This document shows, one piece after another, positions 8,988 to 17,526 of a DNA stretch of 64,000 nucleotides. The notes under the pieces were generated by a model that worked only from the letters and a program-made list of their open reading frames with translations, ran no database searches and was not told the origin of the DNA. Numbering within the stretch: the first letter of the stretch is position 1; each line of letters begins with the position of its first letter. The position numbers and the translations under genes are program-made. The DNA is from Nitratireductor sp. (GTDB lineage Bacteria; Pseudomonadota; Alphaproteobacteria; Rhizobiales; Rhizobiaceae), in contig JAGRLL010000005.1 in NCBI GenBank assembly GCA_020441855.1, positions 13,125 to 77,124 on the forward strand. The letters are read 5' to 3'.

Positions 8988-10136
8988 TCAACCCCTCTCC
9001 GCGAAGCCCTTCACGTGATTGGTCCGGGCAAGGTCGCCGCCGGCCCATGCAATCACCTTCGGGTCCATGACGGCGAACCAGAGCGGAGGAACAGCCGCCA
9101 TGGCGAAGCAGCCGGGATAGCCGCTCGGCAGGCGTGGCAATTCATCGAAATTGCGCAACGTCTGGTACGGCCTGAGCGGGTTGGCGTGGTGATCGGAATG
9201 ACGCTGAAGGTGGAACAGAAGAAGGTTGGAGACGATGTGATTGGTGTTCCACGAATGGCGCGGCTCACAGGGACCATAACGCCCATTGGCCTTTCTTTCG
9301 CGCAGCAGGCCGTAATGTTCGACGTAATTGGCAAACGTCAGTTGCAGCCAGGCGAAGACGTGGTGGACCGCCAGGAAAGGCAGCATGATCCAGCCAAGGG
9401 CTGCGATCAGTCCCGTCGCGATTGCCGCCGTTATCGCGTAACCTTGCAGAATGTCGTTGCGCCAGTGCCAGAATGGCAGGCCCTTCCTGCCAAGCCGTTC
9501 GCGCTCATGACGCCAGCCGCGCAACGCCGCACCGGGAATCTCGCGAAGCGCAAAAGCGTAGACGCTTTCGCCAAGCCGCGCCGATGCCGGATCCTCAGGC
9601 GTCGCCACCATCGTGTGGTGGCCGCGATTGTGCTCGATGCAGAAATGGCCGTATCCGCTTAGCGCATTGACGAACTTCGCGCCGAGGCGGTCGAGCCGAT
9701 TGGGCTTGTGGCCAAGTTCGTGGCCGACGGTGAGTGCGGAACCGGCGCCGACGCCGGCGCCGATGGTCAAGAGCAGGAACGCGCCGAGCGGCATGGACAT
9801 CGTACCGATCACATAAGCGACTGCAAGAAAGCTTGCGTAATAGGCCGGGATCGAAGCGAAGAGCAGCATGCGATAATACTGGTCGGCCGACAGCGCCTCG
9901 ACCACCTCCTCGGGAGGATTGTTCGTGTCCTCTCCGAAAGCGAGATCGAGCACCGGGATCAGACCGAAATCGATGATCAGGACGAGTGCCGCCCACCAGG
10001 GATTGCCAGTGGCAAGAATCGCCATCGAGACCACGAAAGGCAGCAGCGGCATGAGCACGGAGAACAGCCAGAGGTAACGCTTGCGGTCGCGCCACTCGAG
10101 CCTCCCGCCCGCCAGCGTCTGCGACACGAAGATCAC
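8988..10136 (-). CDS. alkB: Alkane 1-monooxygenase (AlkB-type integral-membrane di-iron hydroxylase)
   Basis: Histidine boxes HELGHK, EHNRGHH and LQRHSDHH, plus NYVEHYGL. GTG start. Confidence 0.85.
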   Translation of the reverse strand: MIFVSQTLAGGRLEWRDRKRYLWLFSVLMPLLPFVVSMAILATGNPWWAALVLIIDFGLIPVLDLAFGEDTNNPPEEVVEALSADQYYRMLLFASIPAYYASFLAVAYVIGTMSMPLGAFLLLTIGAGVGAGSALTVGHELGHKPNRLDRLGAKFVNALSGYGHFCIEHNRGHHTMVATPEDPASARLGESVYAFALREIPGAALRGWRHERERLGRKGLPFWHWRNDILQGYAITAAIATGLIAALGWIMLPFLAVHHVFAWLQLTFANYVEHYGLLRERKANGRYGPCEPRHSWNTNHIVSNLLLFHLQRHSDHHANPLRPYQTLRNFDELPRLPSGYPGCFAMAAVPPLWFAVMDPKVIAWAGGDLARTNHVKGFAERG

Positions 10137-10184
10137 CTGGCTCTCCCCTCCCCGGTGCGCGTCACCGATACCTGGAACATCGTG

Positions 10185-11147
10185 TCATTCCGCCGCTTCC
10201 ATCGCCCTGCTCCGCCATTTGCGCCGCCAGCCATCGAGCCAGACCTCCCGGAACAGGCCAGTCGCATAGCCACGGGTCAGATGGGCATTGTCGGTGAATC
10301 GGCTTTCGCGCATCAGCGCGGCGTTAAGCTGCGGCAGGTTGTAGAAGGGCACGCTCGGGTAGAGATGATGGTCGAGGTGGTAATTCATGTTGTGCGGACA
10401 GAAGAACCAGCGCTCCCAGAAATGCGGCTCCACCGTTCGCGTGCCCTGCAATTCGTTCAGGGGCTCCATCGTCTCACCGAAATGCTCCGCAACCGAGCGG
10501 ACATACAGGAAGAGGAAGAAGAGCGTCAGATAGGGAACCACCCAGTAGAGCAGGTATTCGCGCCAGACGCCGGCCCACAGGACGATCACGCCGATGGCGA
10601 GATAATATCCGCCGCGCGCCAGCTTGTAGCCCCAGCCGGTCATGTCCTCGGCCTGCATGCGGCCGGCCGCCAGCTGGATGTCGCGCCATGAGCTGGCGCC
10701 GATGAAATAGCCGAGGAAATGCAGGATCGCGAATCGCATCTCCTGGGGGAAGGTGTATTCGCGCGTTCCGAGCTTCACCACCCAGTCGGGGTCTCGTCCG
10801 GTATTGGTGTAATTGTGGTGGGCGAGATGGTTGCGCCGGTAGCCCTCCACCGTCGCCCCTATCGGCCAGGCAAGGAAGATGTCGCCAACCCAGTCGCTGA
10901 CCTTCTTGTTCGGGATGAACCGGTAATGGGCGAAATCGTGCATCAGCGCGCCGAAGGCGTGCATGCGCCCCGCGATCACCGGCAGCGCGAGCAGCCAGAC
11001 GAGCCAGCTGCCGGTCCATTCGATGACAGCGATCGACGCGGCGATGACCGCCCAGTCGAAGGCGATCGCAAAGGCGGTGCGCCAGGGCGTCAGCTGCGAC
11101 AGGCGTTTCAGTTCCTTCGGTGCGATAAAGGCTGCGTTCTGTGCCAT
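10185..11147 (-). CDS. Fatty acid desaturase family protein
   Basis: Histidine boxes HDFAHY, HLAHHNY and HNMNYHLDHHLYPSVPFYNL, with membrane helices. Confidence 0.8.
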   Translation of the reverse strand: MAQNAAFIAPKELKRLSQLTPWRTAFAIAFDWAVIAASIAVIEWTGSWLVWLLALPVIAGRMHAFGALMHDFAHYRFIPNKKVSDWVGDIFLAWPIGATVEGYRRNHLAHHNYTNTGRDPDWVVKLGTREYTFPQEMRFAILHFLGYFIGASSWRDIQLAAGRMQAEDMTGWGYKLARGGYYLAIGVIVLWAGVWREYLLYWVVPYLTLFFLFLYVRSVAEHFGETMEPLNELQGTRTVEPHFWERWFFCPHNMNYHLDHHLYPSVPFYNLPQLNAALMRESRFTDNAHLTRGYATGLFREVWLDGWRRKWRSRAMEAAE

Positions 11148-11249
11148 GCGCTTTCACATCCCACGGGTTCGTCCGCGACGACGAAAGCATACGCCATGCT
11201 CGCCGCAATCAGAAGGCCCGAGCGTAATCTTGCGAAAACCGTTGCGCGA

Positions 11250-11657
11250 TCATTCCACGACGACTTCGTATTCGAAGAACGCGGATTCCCGGCCCGGAAC
11301 ATCCATCCTGACCTTGAACCTGTCGCCGCCGCGATAGCCTGCCTCGGAGGTATAATAGAGCACGGTTGCCTGCATGTCCTTGCCGGCGCAATCGTGCACG
11401 CTTCCCCGCTTGGCGCTTTCGGGAATCTGCTTGATTTCCTGCGCGGGCTCCACCGCACCATGGCCGGGCGGCTCCACCACGACGATGTCGATCGAAAGGT
11501 AGGAGCAATCATCTTTCCAGCCGGTGTATTCGTCCATCCACTCCGGCTGGCCGCTCAGAGCGGTTCTGGTGTAGGACCCATCCTGCGCCGCCGCAGCGGA
11601 GGCAAAGTGGATTCCGATCAGCGTGGCGGCGACGACTGAGACAAATGGCTTGCGCAA
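11250..11657 (-). CDS. Small secreted/periplasmic protein, unknown function
   Basis: N-terminal signal peptide MRKPFVSVVAATLIGIHFASAAAAQD. Confidence 0.6.
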   Translation of the reverse strand: MRKPFVSVVAATLIGIHFASAAAAQDGSYTRTALSGQPEWMDEYTGWKDDCSYLSIDIVVVEPPGHGAVEPAQEIKQIPESAKRGSVHDCAGKDMQATVLYYTSEAGYRGGDRFKVRMDVPGRESAFFEYEVVVE

Positions 11658-11732
11658 CGCATTGCTCCCATGCCCGATTGCAGGTGATCAGCTTATGCTA
11701 TCGCGATCGTGCATCAAAGATAGCAGGCAAGA

Positions 11733-11818
11733 TGGTGCGGGCACCGGGAATCGAACCCGGACGGCCGAAGGCCGAGGGATTTTAAGTCCCTTGCGTCTAC
11801 CAGTTCCGCCATGCCCGC
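11733..11818 (-). tRNA. tRNA-Leu (anticodon TAA)
   Basis: The reverse complement has acceptor GCGGGCA/TGCCCGC, anticodon loop CTTAAAA, long variable arm CGGCCTTCGGCCG, T-arm CCGGG-TTCGATT-CCCGG and an encoded CCA. Confidence 0.9.
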
Positions 11819-11936
11819 CTGCCTTATCAATCAAGGAGTCTGGCGCTCTGGTCAACCTGTGCTTTTGTGCAGCTTTTCAGATTTGTGCAAATCGGCATCC
11901 CCACCGCCCTTACCGGCGCACATGAAAGGAAATGAG

Positions 11937-12176
11937 ATGGAAGTCGATATTGACAGGCTGGGCAGGTCGTTCGCCGGACATGACGGCTTTGATTGTCCTC
12001 ATTGCGGCCACACGCACAACATTTCCGATTCAGATGTCTGCGCGTCGGTCGTCAGCTATTGGGGAGATGATCCGCATGATTTCAATTGTTACCACTGCGG
12101 CAAGGATTTTCTCGTGCTCGAATCCGTGACGAGGCAGTTCACTGCGGCAAAGACTCACGATGAATTAGACGCCTGA
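11937..12176 (+). CDS. Small zinc-ribbon protein
   Basis: CPHCGH...CYHCG pairs. AAGGA SD before ATG 11937. First gene of the RtcB operon. Confidence 0.55.
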   Translation: MEVDIDRLGRSFAGHDGFDCPHCGHTHNISDSDVCASVVSYWGDDPHDFNCYHCGKDFLVLESVTRQFTAAKTHDELDA

Positions 12177-12209
12177 ACCACTACTTGGCGCACATGAAGG
12201 AGAGAGAAG

Positions 12210-12410
12210 ATGAGCGAGGAAAGCGACTACGAAAAAGTGCGCGGCCTGAACGGTCTGTTTGTCGGTCAACTGAGCGATGAAGAAGAGCAGGCGTTCTGGC
12301 GTCTTTGCAATATCAACCGTGCCTACCCTTCGTTTGAAGGAACGGCAGGGTTTCTTGGCGCGGCAAAGGTTCGACTTGTTGCCGCCACTCCACTCAATAG
12401 AGGAGAATAG
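12210..12410 (+). CDS. Hypothetical small protein
   Basis: AAGGAGAGAGAAG SD directly upstream. Packed 5 nt before rtcB. Confidence 0.5.
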   Translation: MSEESDYEKVRGLNGLFVGQLSDEEEQAFWRLCNINRAYPSFEGTAGFLGAAKVRLVAATPLNRGE

Positions 12411-12415
12411 CGACG

Positions 12416-13795
12416 ATGGGAATCACGGGGAAAGACCTGATCGAAATGGGATTTGCGCCGGGCCCGCATTTTCCGGCAATGATCGCAGCGGCGAACAAGG
12501 CTGCCGAATCTGGTGATGATGTGCGCGCCGCCGTGGCTGATCTTGCTCCGCCTGATCCGATCTGCTTGCGTCAACAGTCATTATCGTTCTTCGAAAACAT
12601 CCGCGCCGAAAATGATGATGAGCGCGATAACGTCGAAGCAGTGCGCAAGACGATGAATGAGTTGATGAGAACGCCGGTTTTGAAAGCCGGGGCCGTCATG
12701 CCTGATGCCTGCCCGGCAGGGTCAGTAGGGACCATCCCGGTCGGCGGCGTTGTCGCCTCCGAGGCGATCCACCCAGGCATGCATTCCGCCGATATCTGCT
12801 GCTCAATGGCACTGACGAACTTCGGCAGGGCTGATCCGCTTATCGTACTCGATGCCATGCACAGGGTGACGCATTTCGGGCCGGGCGGCAGGGAAGAAAT
12901 CCGTATGCCAGATGACGTTGCAAAGGCGGTTGATGGTAATACGATGACCCGTGACTTCATCGACATCGGACACCGTGACATGGGTACGCAAGGCGATGGC
13001 AACCACTTCGCCTATGTCGGTCAGTTGAAGTCGACCGGAGACACCGTACTTGTCACGCATCATGGCTCGCGCGGGTTCGGCGCACGGGTCTACAAGCGCG
13101 GCATGAGAGTTGCTGACAACTTTCGCCGCAAGCTTTCCCCGGAGACGCCGAAGGGCAATGCATGGATACCCGCTGACACCAAGGAAGGTGAAACCTATTG
13201 GGATGCCCTTCAAATCGTCCGCGAGTGGACCAAGGCCAACCACTACGTGCTGCACGATATGGCGGCGGAAGCGGCGGGCATCAAATCCCTTGATCGTTTC
13301 TGGAACGAGCACAACTTCGTTTTCAGAAAGTCGGATGGCCTGTTCTATCACGGCAAGGGAGCAACGCCGGCTTTCGATGGTTGGGCCTCGGATGCAACTG
13401 ACCTGACGATCATCCCGCTTAACATGGCCGAGCCCATCCTGATCGTGCGCGGCCAGAACGCTTCAAACGGCCTTGGCTTTTCGCCGCACGGGGCTGGCCG
13501 CAATTTCTCGCGCACACAGCACCGTCGGCGCAACGATCACCGTACCGATGCCGAAATTTTCACCGAGGAAACCGCCGGCATCGATGCCCGGTTCTTTATG
13601 GGCATACCGGATATTTCGGAACTACCAAGTGCGTACAAGAACGCAGCGTCGGTGCGTTCCCAGATCGATGAATACGGCCTTGCCGAGATCGTTGACGAGG
13701 TGTTGCCGTTCGGCTGCATCATGGCCGGTGATTGGGAGAAGGAAGCACCTTGGCGCAAGCTCCCCACCCCACAGGACAAGGAGACGGGACGGTGA
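12416..13795 (+). CDS. rtcB: RtcB-family RNA 3'-phosphate/5'-OH ligase
   Basis: All catalytic signatures are present: SADICCS (D..C metal ligands), GDGNHF, HHGSRGFG, and HGAGRN (nucleophilic His). AGGAG SD upstream. Confidence 0.85.
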   Translation: MGITGKDLIEMGFAPGPHFPAMIAAANKAAESGDDVRAAVADLAPPDPICLRQQSLSFFENIRAENDDERDNVEAVRKTMNELMRTPVLKAGAVMPDACPAGSVGTIPVGGVVASEAIHPGMHSADICCSMALTNFGRADPLIVLDAMHRVTHFGPGGREEIRMPDDVAKAVDGNTMTRDFIDIGHRDMGTQGDGNHFAYVGQLKSTGDTVLVTHHGSRGFGARVYKRGMRVADNFRRKLSPETPKGNAWIPADTKEGETYWDALQIVREWTKANHYVLHDMAAEAAGIKSLDRFWNEHNFVFRKSDGLFYHGKGATPAFDGWASDATDLTIIPLNMAEPILIVRGQNASNGLGFSPHGAGRNFSRTQHRRRNDHRTDAEIFTEETAGIDARFFMGIPDISELPSAYKNAASVRSQIDEYGLAEIVDEVLPFGCIMAGDWEKEAPWRKLPTPQDKETGR

Positions 13796-14043
13796 GCAAC
13801 CAATTCCTAGGTTACTTTTCAGACGCCTCGCAGACAAAGCCGGAGTTCGATCCCGTCATTGAAGGGACGCCATGCCCAGTGTGTCTCAGACCTCTTGCGA
13901 GGCCGGTAGTCACCGTGAGTTTGATGGGCGTCGGTAGCAGTAAAAGCTACTTCTTCCGGGCGCACAAGGCGTGCTGGAATGAAACGCCAGACGCGGAAAA
14001 GGAACGGATCGAGCATTCAATTATCGATGGGACAACCCCATGA
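13792..14043 (+). CDS. Small Cys-containing protein (CPVC..HKAC)
   Basis: GTG 13792 overlaps the rtcB stop (GTGA). Confidence 0.45.
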   Translation: MSNQFLGYFSDASQTKPEFDPVIEGTPCPVCLRPLARPVVTVSLMGVGSSKSYFFRAHKACWNETPDAEKERIEHSIIDGTTP

Positions 14044-14348
14044 CGAGAGATAGCATAGTGGAGAAGATGGCGGCCAATGCCTTCGCATCGGAACGGGTTC
14101 CATGGGAACGTATGCACCCAGCCGATAAAGAAGATGCAATCGAGGCAGCCAACGATTGTCTCACCGCTCTTGAACAGTCCATACCTGGCCTATCAGGAGT
14201 GATAGATGGCGGGAATACCATCGTACCGACTGAAATCCTTGCCGGCGTGCACGAAATTGCTGTGAGGAACGAAGCCGCAGCGGTGATTGATGCCGCAAAG
14301 GTATATCTGAACCGCGCCATGATAGCAGCAGGGGAGACGGCCCGCTAA
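14040..14348 (+). CDS. Hypothetical protein
   Basis: ATGA overlap with the upstream gene. Last gene of the operon. Confidence 0.5.
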   Translation: MTRDSIVEKMAANAFASERVPWERMHPADKEDAIEAANDCLTALEQSIPGLSGVIDGGNTIVPTEILAGVHEIAVRNEAAAVIDAAKVYLNRAMIAAGETAR

Positions 14349-14569
14349 CCCTCCGGCCACTGTGCCAGCACTCTCGCCCCATGCCTTAGCCGCCACCAAC
14401 CGCCCGGTTCGTGCTCGACAGCAGCCCTGAACAGCGCCCTTGCAAGGATCTGGTTCAGTGAGCCACCAACGGCCTCATAGGGAGCGCGGAAGCCTCGCGA
14501 CCAGCGTTCGAGCGTGAATGGGTAGGCGTGATCGTGAACGTTCAAGGGCGGGCTCCATCTGGCCCGCAT
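14345..14569 (-). CDS. Hypothetical small protein
   Basis: Internal ATG (MRARWSPP..) of listed ORF 14345..14725. No family recognised. Confidence 0.25.
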   Translation of the reverse strand: MRARWSPPLNVHDHAYPFTLERWSRGFRAPYEAVGGSLNQILARALFRAAVEHEPGGWWRLRHGARVLAQWPEG

Positions 14570-14621
14570 GTCCAGCCGGCACGTTACCAGCACCACAAAC
14601 GCAAAAAAAGAGAACAAGCAC

Positions 14622-14650
14622 TTGCACGTGCGATTATTTCGCACTATATT
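14622..14650 (+). promoter_or_regulatory. Sigma-70-like promoter TTGCAC-17-TATATT with palindrome GTGCGA-N5-TCGCAC filling the spacer
   Basis: Read directly from the sequence. Lies 55 nt upstream of ATG 14706. Confidence 0.5.
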
Positions 14651-14705
14651 AGTTTCATCGACGCGACGGGATGGCCCGAGACGCAAGAGGTAAAGGAGAC
14701 CTGAA

Positions 14706-15056
14706 ATGTACACCGTTTTCAACACGAACGACTCCAGCGAGATTTATGGACGCGGCATGAGTGCCGAAGAGGCGATGTCGGAAATCCTCCGCTACGATGG
14801 CCATGACTTTACGATCGAACTGGAGGATGACTTCTGGGTGCTTAGAGGCTCGACCGGTTCGCGCTACTCGATGGCAGGACTCGGCAGATTCAACACTATC
14901 ACCGAGGTGCTCGCCGCGAACGAAAGCGAGGCTACGGCCAAGATCGCAGAATATGTGGTAAGTCACTCCGGCTTGGACTGGTCCAAACTTGAGGCGATGG
15001 AAGATTCTGTCTTTGACGAGATGCTTGCCGAAATAGAGCGCCAGAACGCAGAATGA
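14706..15056 (+). CDS. Hypothetical acidic protein
   Basis: AAAGGAGA SD upstream. ATGA overlap with the next gene. Confidence 0.5.
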   Translation: MYTVFNTNDSSEIYGRGMSAEEAMSEILRYDGHDFTIELEDDFWVLRGSTGSRYSMAGLGRFNTITEVLAANESEATAKIAEYVVSHSGLDWSKLEAMEDSVFDEMLAEIERQNAE

Positions 15057-15445
15057 CCCCATTCTCAATTTTGATGAACCTTGCCGGCCTCTCTCAACGG
15101 GAGGCCGCAGCCTTTTTGAAAGTGTCTCCGTCAAGCGTAGACAAGATGGCACGTGGCGTCCGAAACGCGCCAGATGGCGTGATCGATGATCTCCGAGACC
15201 TGATCGACAAGCAGGAAACGGCGGCCGATGAAGCGCTCGCGCTGATTGATGAACAGGACGCCGACGAGATCGAACTTGGCTACCCGACCGACGATCACGA
15301 AGCGCAGTCTTTGGGCTGGCCTTGCGTCGGCGCATGGAAGGCAATGGCAGCGCGCGTGATCGCTGGATGCGATATCCAGGTTCGACTGGTTCCCCGCGGT
15401 TCAACACCATCAACTGCCGCCGCAATCGACCGCCGCGAACAATAG
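15053..15445 (+). CDS. Putative HTH DNA-binding protein
   Basis: N-terminal LSQREAAAFLKVSPSSVDKMARG helix-turn-helix-like segment. Confidence 0.5.
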   Translation: MTPFSILMNLAGLSQREAAAFLKVSPSSVDKMARGVRNAPDGVIDDLRDLIDKQETAADEALALIDEQDADEIELGYPTDDHEAQSLGWPCVGAWKAMAARVIAGCDIQVRLVPRGSTPSTAAAIDRREQ

Positions 15446-15460
15446 CCCAAACGCAAAAAA

Positions 15461-15489
15461 GCCCCGGTCACCATTGCTGGCGCCGGGGC
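15461..15489. terminator. Bidirectional intrinsic terminator-like hairpin
   Basis: GCCCCGG...CCGGGGC stem flanked by an A-run (5') and TAATT (3'), between convergent genes. Confidence 0.55.
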
Positions 15490-15562
15490 TAATTGCGAGG
15501 CGTAAGGTCGGGACAGACCCGGCTCGCGTCCTCTCCGGACTATTCCGGGGAAGCTGTGAAGA

Positions 15563-16057
15563 TCAGGATGGAATGCGTGCCGTCTCCCGCCTGAAATCGT
15601 TCGAGCAGACTGAGACTTCCTTCGGCGGCAAGACGCTTGGCCGGATCGTCACCCAGGTACAGATGCGATAGGTCCCCGCCGGCAGTTCGGTGAACGGCTT
15701 GACCATCCGGCAGGAATCGCCCTTCCACCAGTCCAGCGTTGGAACCGGCGGCAGCGAGGCATCCCGCCTGTACCGGATGCCGGCGCCACGGCATGTCTGG
15801 ATCGTGAAATAGCTGCCGCCATGATATTTGATCTGCTCCTCGACACGGTAATCGCCGAGGAAGTCGTGATGGATCGTGCGGTCGACCTGCATGATACGGT
15901 GGCCGTCCGGTGTCCTGTCTTCGGTGACAACGGTGGTTCGGAGCGAGTACCAGAACGATGCCGGCCAGAGAGGCACAACGAGCAGCAGGCACAGCCATCC
16001 AAGCACGGCGAGCACGATCGACGTGCGGTCGGAAATCGTCGCGATGGCGCGCCTCAT
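15563..16057 (-). CDS. Membrane-anchored protein, unknown function
   Basis: N-terminal TM helix IVLAVLGWLCLLLVVPLW. ATG 16057 overlaps the upstream stop (ATGA). Confidence 0.5.
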   Translation of the reverse strand: MRRAIATISDRTSIVLAVLGWLCLLLVVPLWPASFWYSLRTTVVTEDRTPDGHRIMQVDRTIHHDFLGDYRVEEQIKYHGGSYFTIQTCRGAGIRYRRDASLPPVPTLDWWKGDSCRMVKPFTELPAGTYRICTWVTIRPSVLPPKEVSVCSNDFRRETARIPS

Positions 16058-16377
16058 TTGCCGCCCTTCCATGCGCGAATGAGCGACAGAAAGTACTTCG
16101 AATCCCCGGTGGCACGTATCACGATGCGCATCAGCCCTTCGCCCGTCAGGGCCAGCAGTGCCGCGACAGGGATTTGCCAGACATCGAGCGGGAGATCGAA
16201 GAACGAAACCACCGGCCGCGTGAATGTCACCGCGGAAAAGATCGCCGCAAAGGCTATGAACCCGCCGCGAAACAGGCGCGAGGGAAGCGCGCCCTCATAT
16301 TCGGCGGTGAACAGGCGGACAACGACCGCGCCGAGCACCGTCCACCAGAACGTGTTGTCATGGCCGAACATCGGCAC
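16054..16377 (-). CDS. Small multi-pass membrane protein
   Basis: Three hydrophobic helices. Lies within the lysis cassette. Confidence 0.5.
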   Translation of the reverse strand: MPMFGHDNTFWWTVLGAVVVRLFTAEYEGALPSRLFRGGFIAFAAIFSAVTFTRPVVSFFDLPLDVWQIPVAALLALTGEGLMRIVIRATGDSKYFLSLIRAWKGGK

Positions 16378-16386
16378 CCCCTTCGG

Positions 16387-16797
16387 TCAGAACAGCGGCG
16401 GTGGGCGGAAAAAGCAGATCATGCGGACGAATGACCCGCTGGCCTGCCCAAGTTCCTCGATCCCGCCGGCCAGGCAGATGTGATAGGCCCCATCGGGCGA
16501 GTCCTTGATCCTTGGATCACTGGCCGCGATGTCCTCGGAAAATCCGCGCCCGATTTGGGTGAGAATGATGTGCTGATCCGGCCCGAGTTCGATGTGGTAG
16601 CCGTCGCCAATGGCCGTGACCGCGCTTGCCGGGATTTCGTCGCAGTCTTGCCCAGAACAACAGTTTTGGGGGTAGGACCAGCCGGAAGGCGCATCATGGG
16701 CGCGGCTGTGCGACCCCGCTACAAGAGCCGACAAAGCAACCACACCAACGATGGCAAGAAGACCGCCACAGCCCGGAACTCGACCAGTTTGCATCAT
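16387..16797 (-). CDS. Secreted Cys-rich protein
   Basis: Signal/anchor LLAIVGVVALSALVAG, then YPQNCCSGQDCDEIP. ATGA overlap with the o-spanin stop. Confidence 0.5.
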   Translation of the reverse strand: MMQTGRVPGCGGLLAIVGVVALSALVAGSHSRAHDAPSGWSYPQNCCSGQDCDEIPASAVTAIGDGYHIELGPDQHIILTQIGRGFSEDIAASDPRIKDSPDGAYHICLAGGIEELGQASGSFVRMICFFRPPPLF

Positions 16798-17006
16798 CTG
16801 TTGCATAGTTCATCCCACGCCGCGTTGTGCTCAATGATTTCCGCCCGCGTCTCTTCGGCGTCGCGGCTCGACCAGTGAATCGGCTTGAATGCGCTGCAGG
16901 CGAATCCGATCGCGATGTCAGTCCCGGCGGTACTTGTCGTCCTGCACCCCGCCAGCAGAAGCACCGCGAGCGGTATTGACGCGATCCAGAGCCTTCTCGA
17001 GATCAT
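16794..17006 (-). CDS. Outer-membrane spanin (Rz1-like lipoprotein)
   Basis: Lipobox LLLAGC. The gene starts inside the 3' end of the i-spanin gene, in another frame. Confidence 0.65.
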   Translation of the reverse strand: MISRRLWIASIPLAVLLLAGCRTTSTAGTDIAIGFACSAFKPIHWSSRDAEETRAEIIEHNAAWDELCNR

Positions 17007-17124
17007 TGCGCATCGCCTCCAACCCGCGGCGCTCGCCTTCGTCCAGGGCCTTGTCGCGCTCCGCCTTGCGAAGCAGGATCAAGACCAATTCCGCGATGGC
17101 GAGCGCCAACCTTGCCCATGACAC
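16918..17124 (-). CDS. Inner-membrane spanin (Rz-like)
   Basis: N-terminal TM LALAIAELVLILL followed by a charged coiled-coil-like region. 89-nt overlap with the lipoprotein gene. Confidence 0.55.
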   Translation of the reverse strand: MSWARLALAIAELVLILLRKAERDKALDEGERRGLEAMRNDLEKALDRVNTARGASAGGVQDDKYRRD

Positions 17125-17127
17125 CGA

Positions 17128-17511
17128 TCAACCCGCCGCGTCGTCCATGGGCGGGCCGCCATTGTGCCCGATGGATGCCTTTTCCGGAGCTACGTAGGAC
17201 CAACCGAAAGCAACCGCCATCAAGACGATTGAAGTGATCTGATTGGCCATTTCGCTCGAGATAAGGCCCTTGCCCTGGGCGTACCCGGCGAGCATGCCAA
17301 GACTGTGCCGGAAGAAGCCCTGAACCTTGGCCCACGGCGCATCGAACTTTTCTCCGGTGAACAGCGACCAGAACAAGCCGATCAGGATCATGGCGCCGCC
17401 GGTCCATTCGTCGACCACGGATTCCGGCATGATGGCGCCGGAAACAAGCCATGCGCCGGCCAGGGTGAGAAGATGCCGGAACAGTCCAGCGATACGGTCA
17501 AAGTTCGGCAT
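17128..17511 (-). CDS. Putative holin
   Basis: 127 aa with 3-4 TM helices, located between the endolysin and spanin genes. Confidence 0.5.
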   Translation of the reverse strand: MPNFDRIAGLFRHLLTLAGAWLVSGAIMPESVVDEWTGGAMILIGLFWSLFTGEKFDAPWAKVQGFFRHSLGMLAGYAQGKGLISSEMANQITSIVLMAVAFGWSYVAPEKASIGHNGGPPMDDAAG

Positions 17512-17526
17512 GGGAAAGTCCCTTTC

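Noticed and set aside
8856-11639. Plus-strand ORFs 8856-9662, 9708-10691 and 10719-11639
   Set aside because: They are antisense to alkB, the desaturase and the secreted-protein gene, all of which carry diagnostic motifs. Their composition is Arg/Pro/Gly-rich.
14655-15425. 256-aa minus-strand ORF
   Set aside because: It is antisense to two coupled plus-strand genes that have SDs and a promoter. Its composition is Arg/Ser/Pro-rich.
16825-16842. 12-nt match (ctcaatgatttc) to the 25-nt repeat element
   Set aside because: The match is short, lies inside a coding region (o-spanin), and has no flanking similarity. It is probably coincidental.
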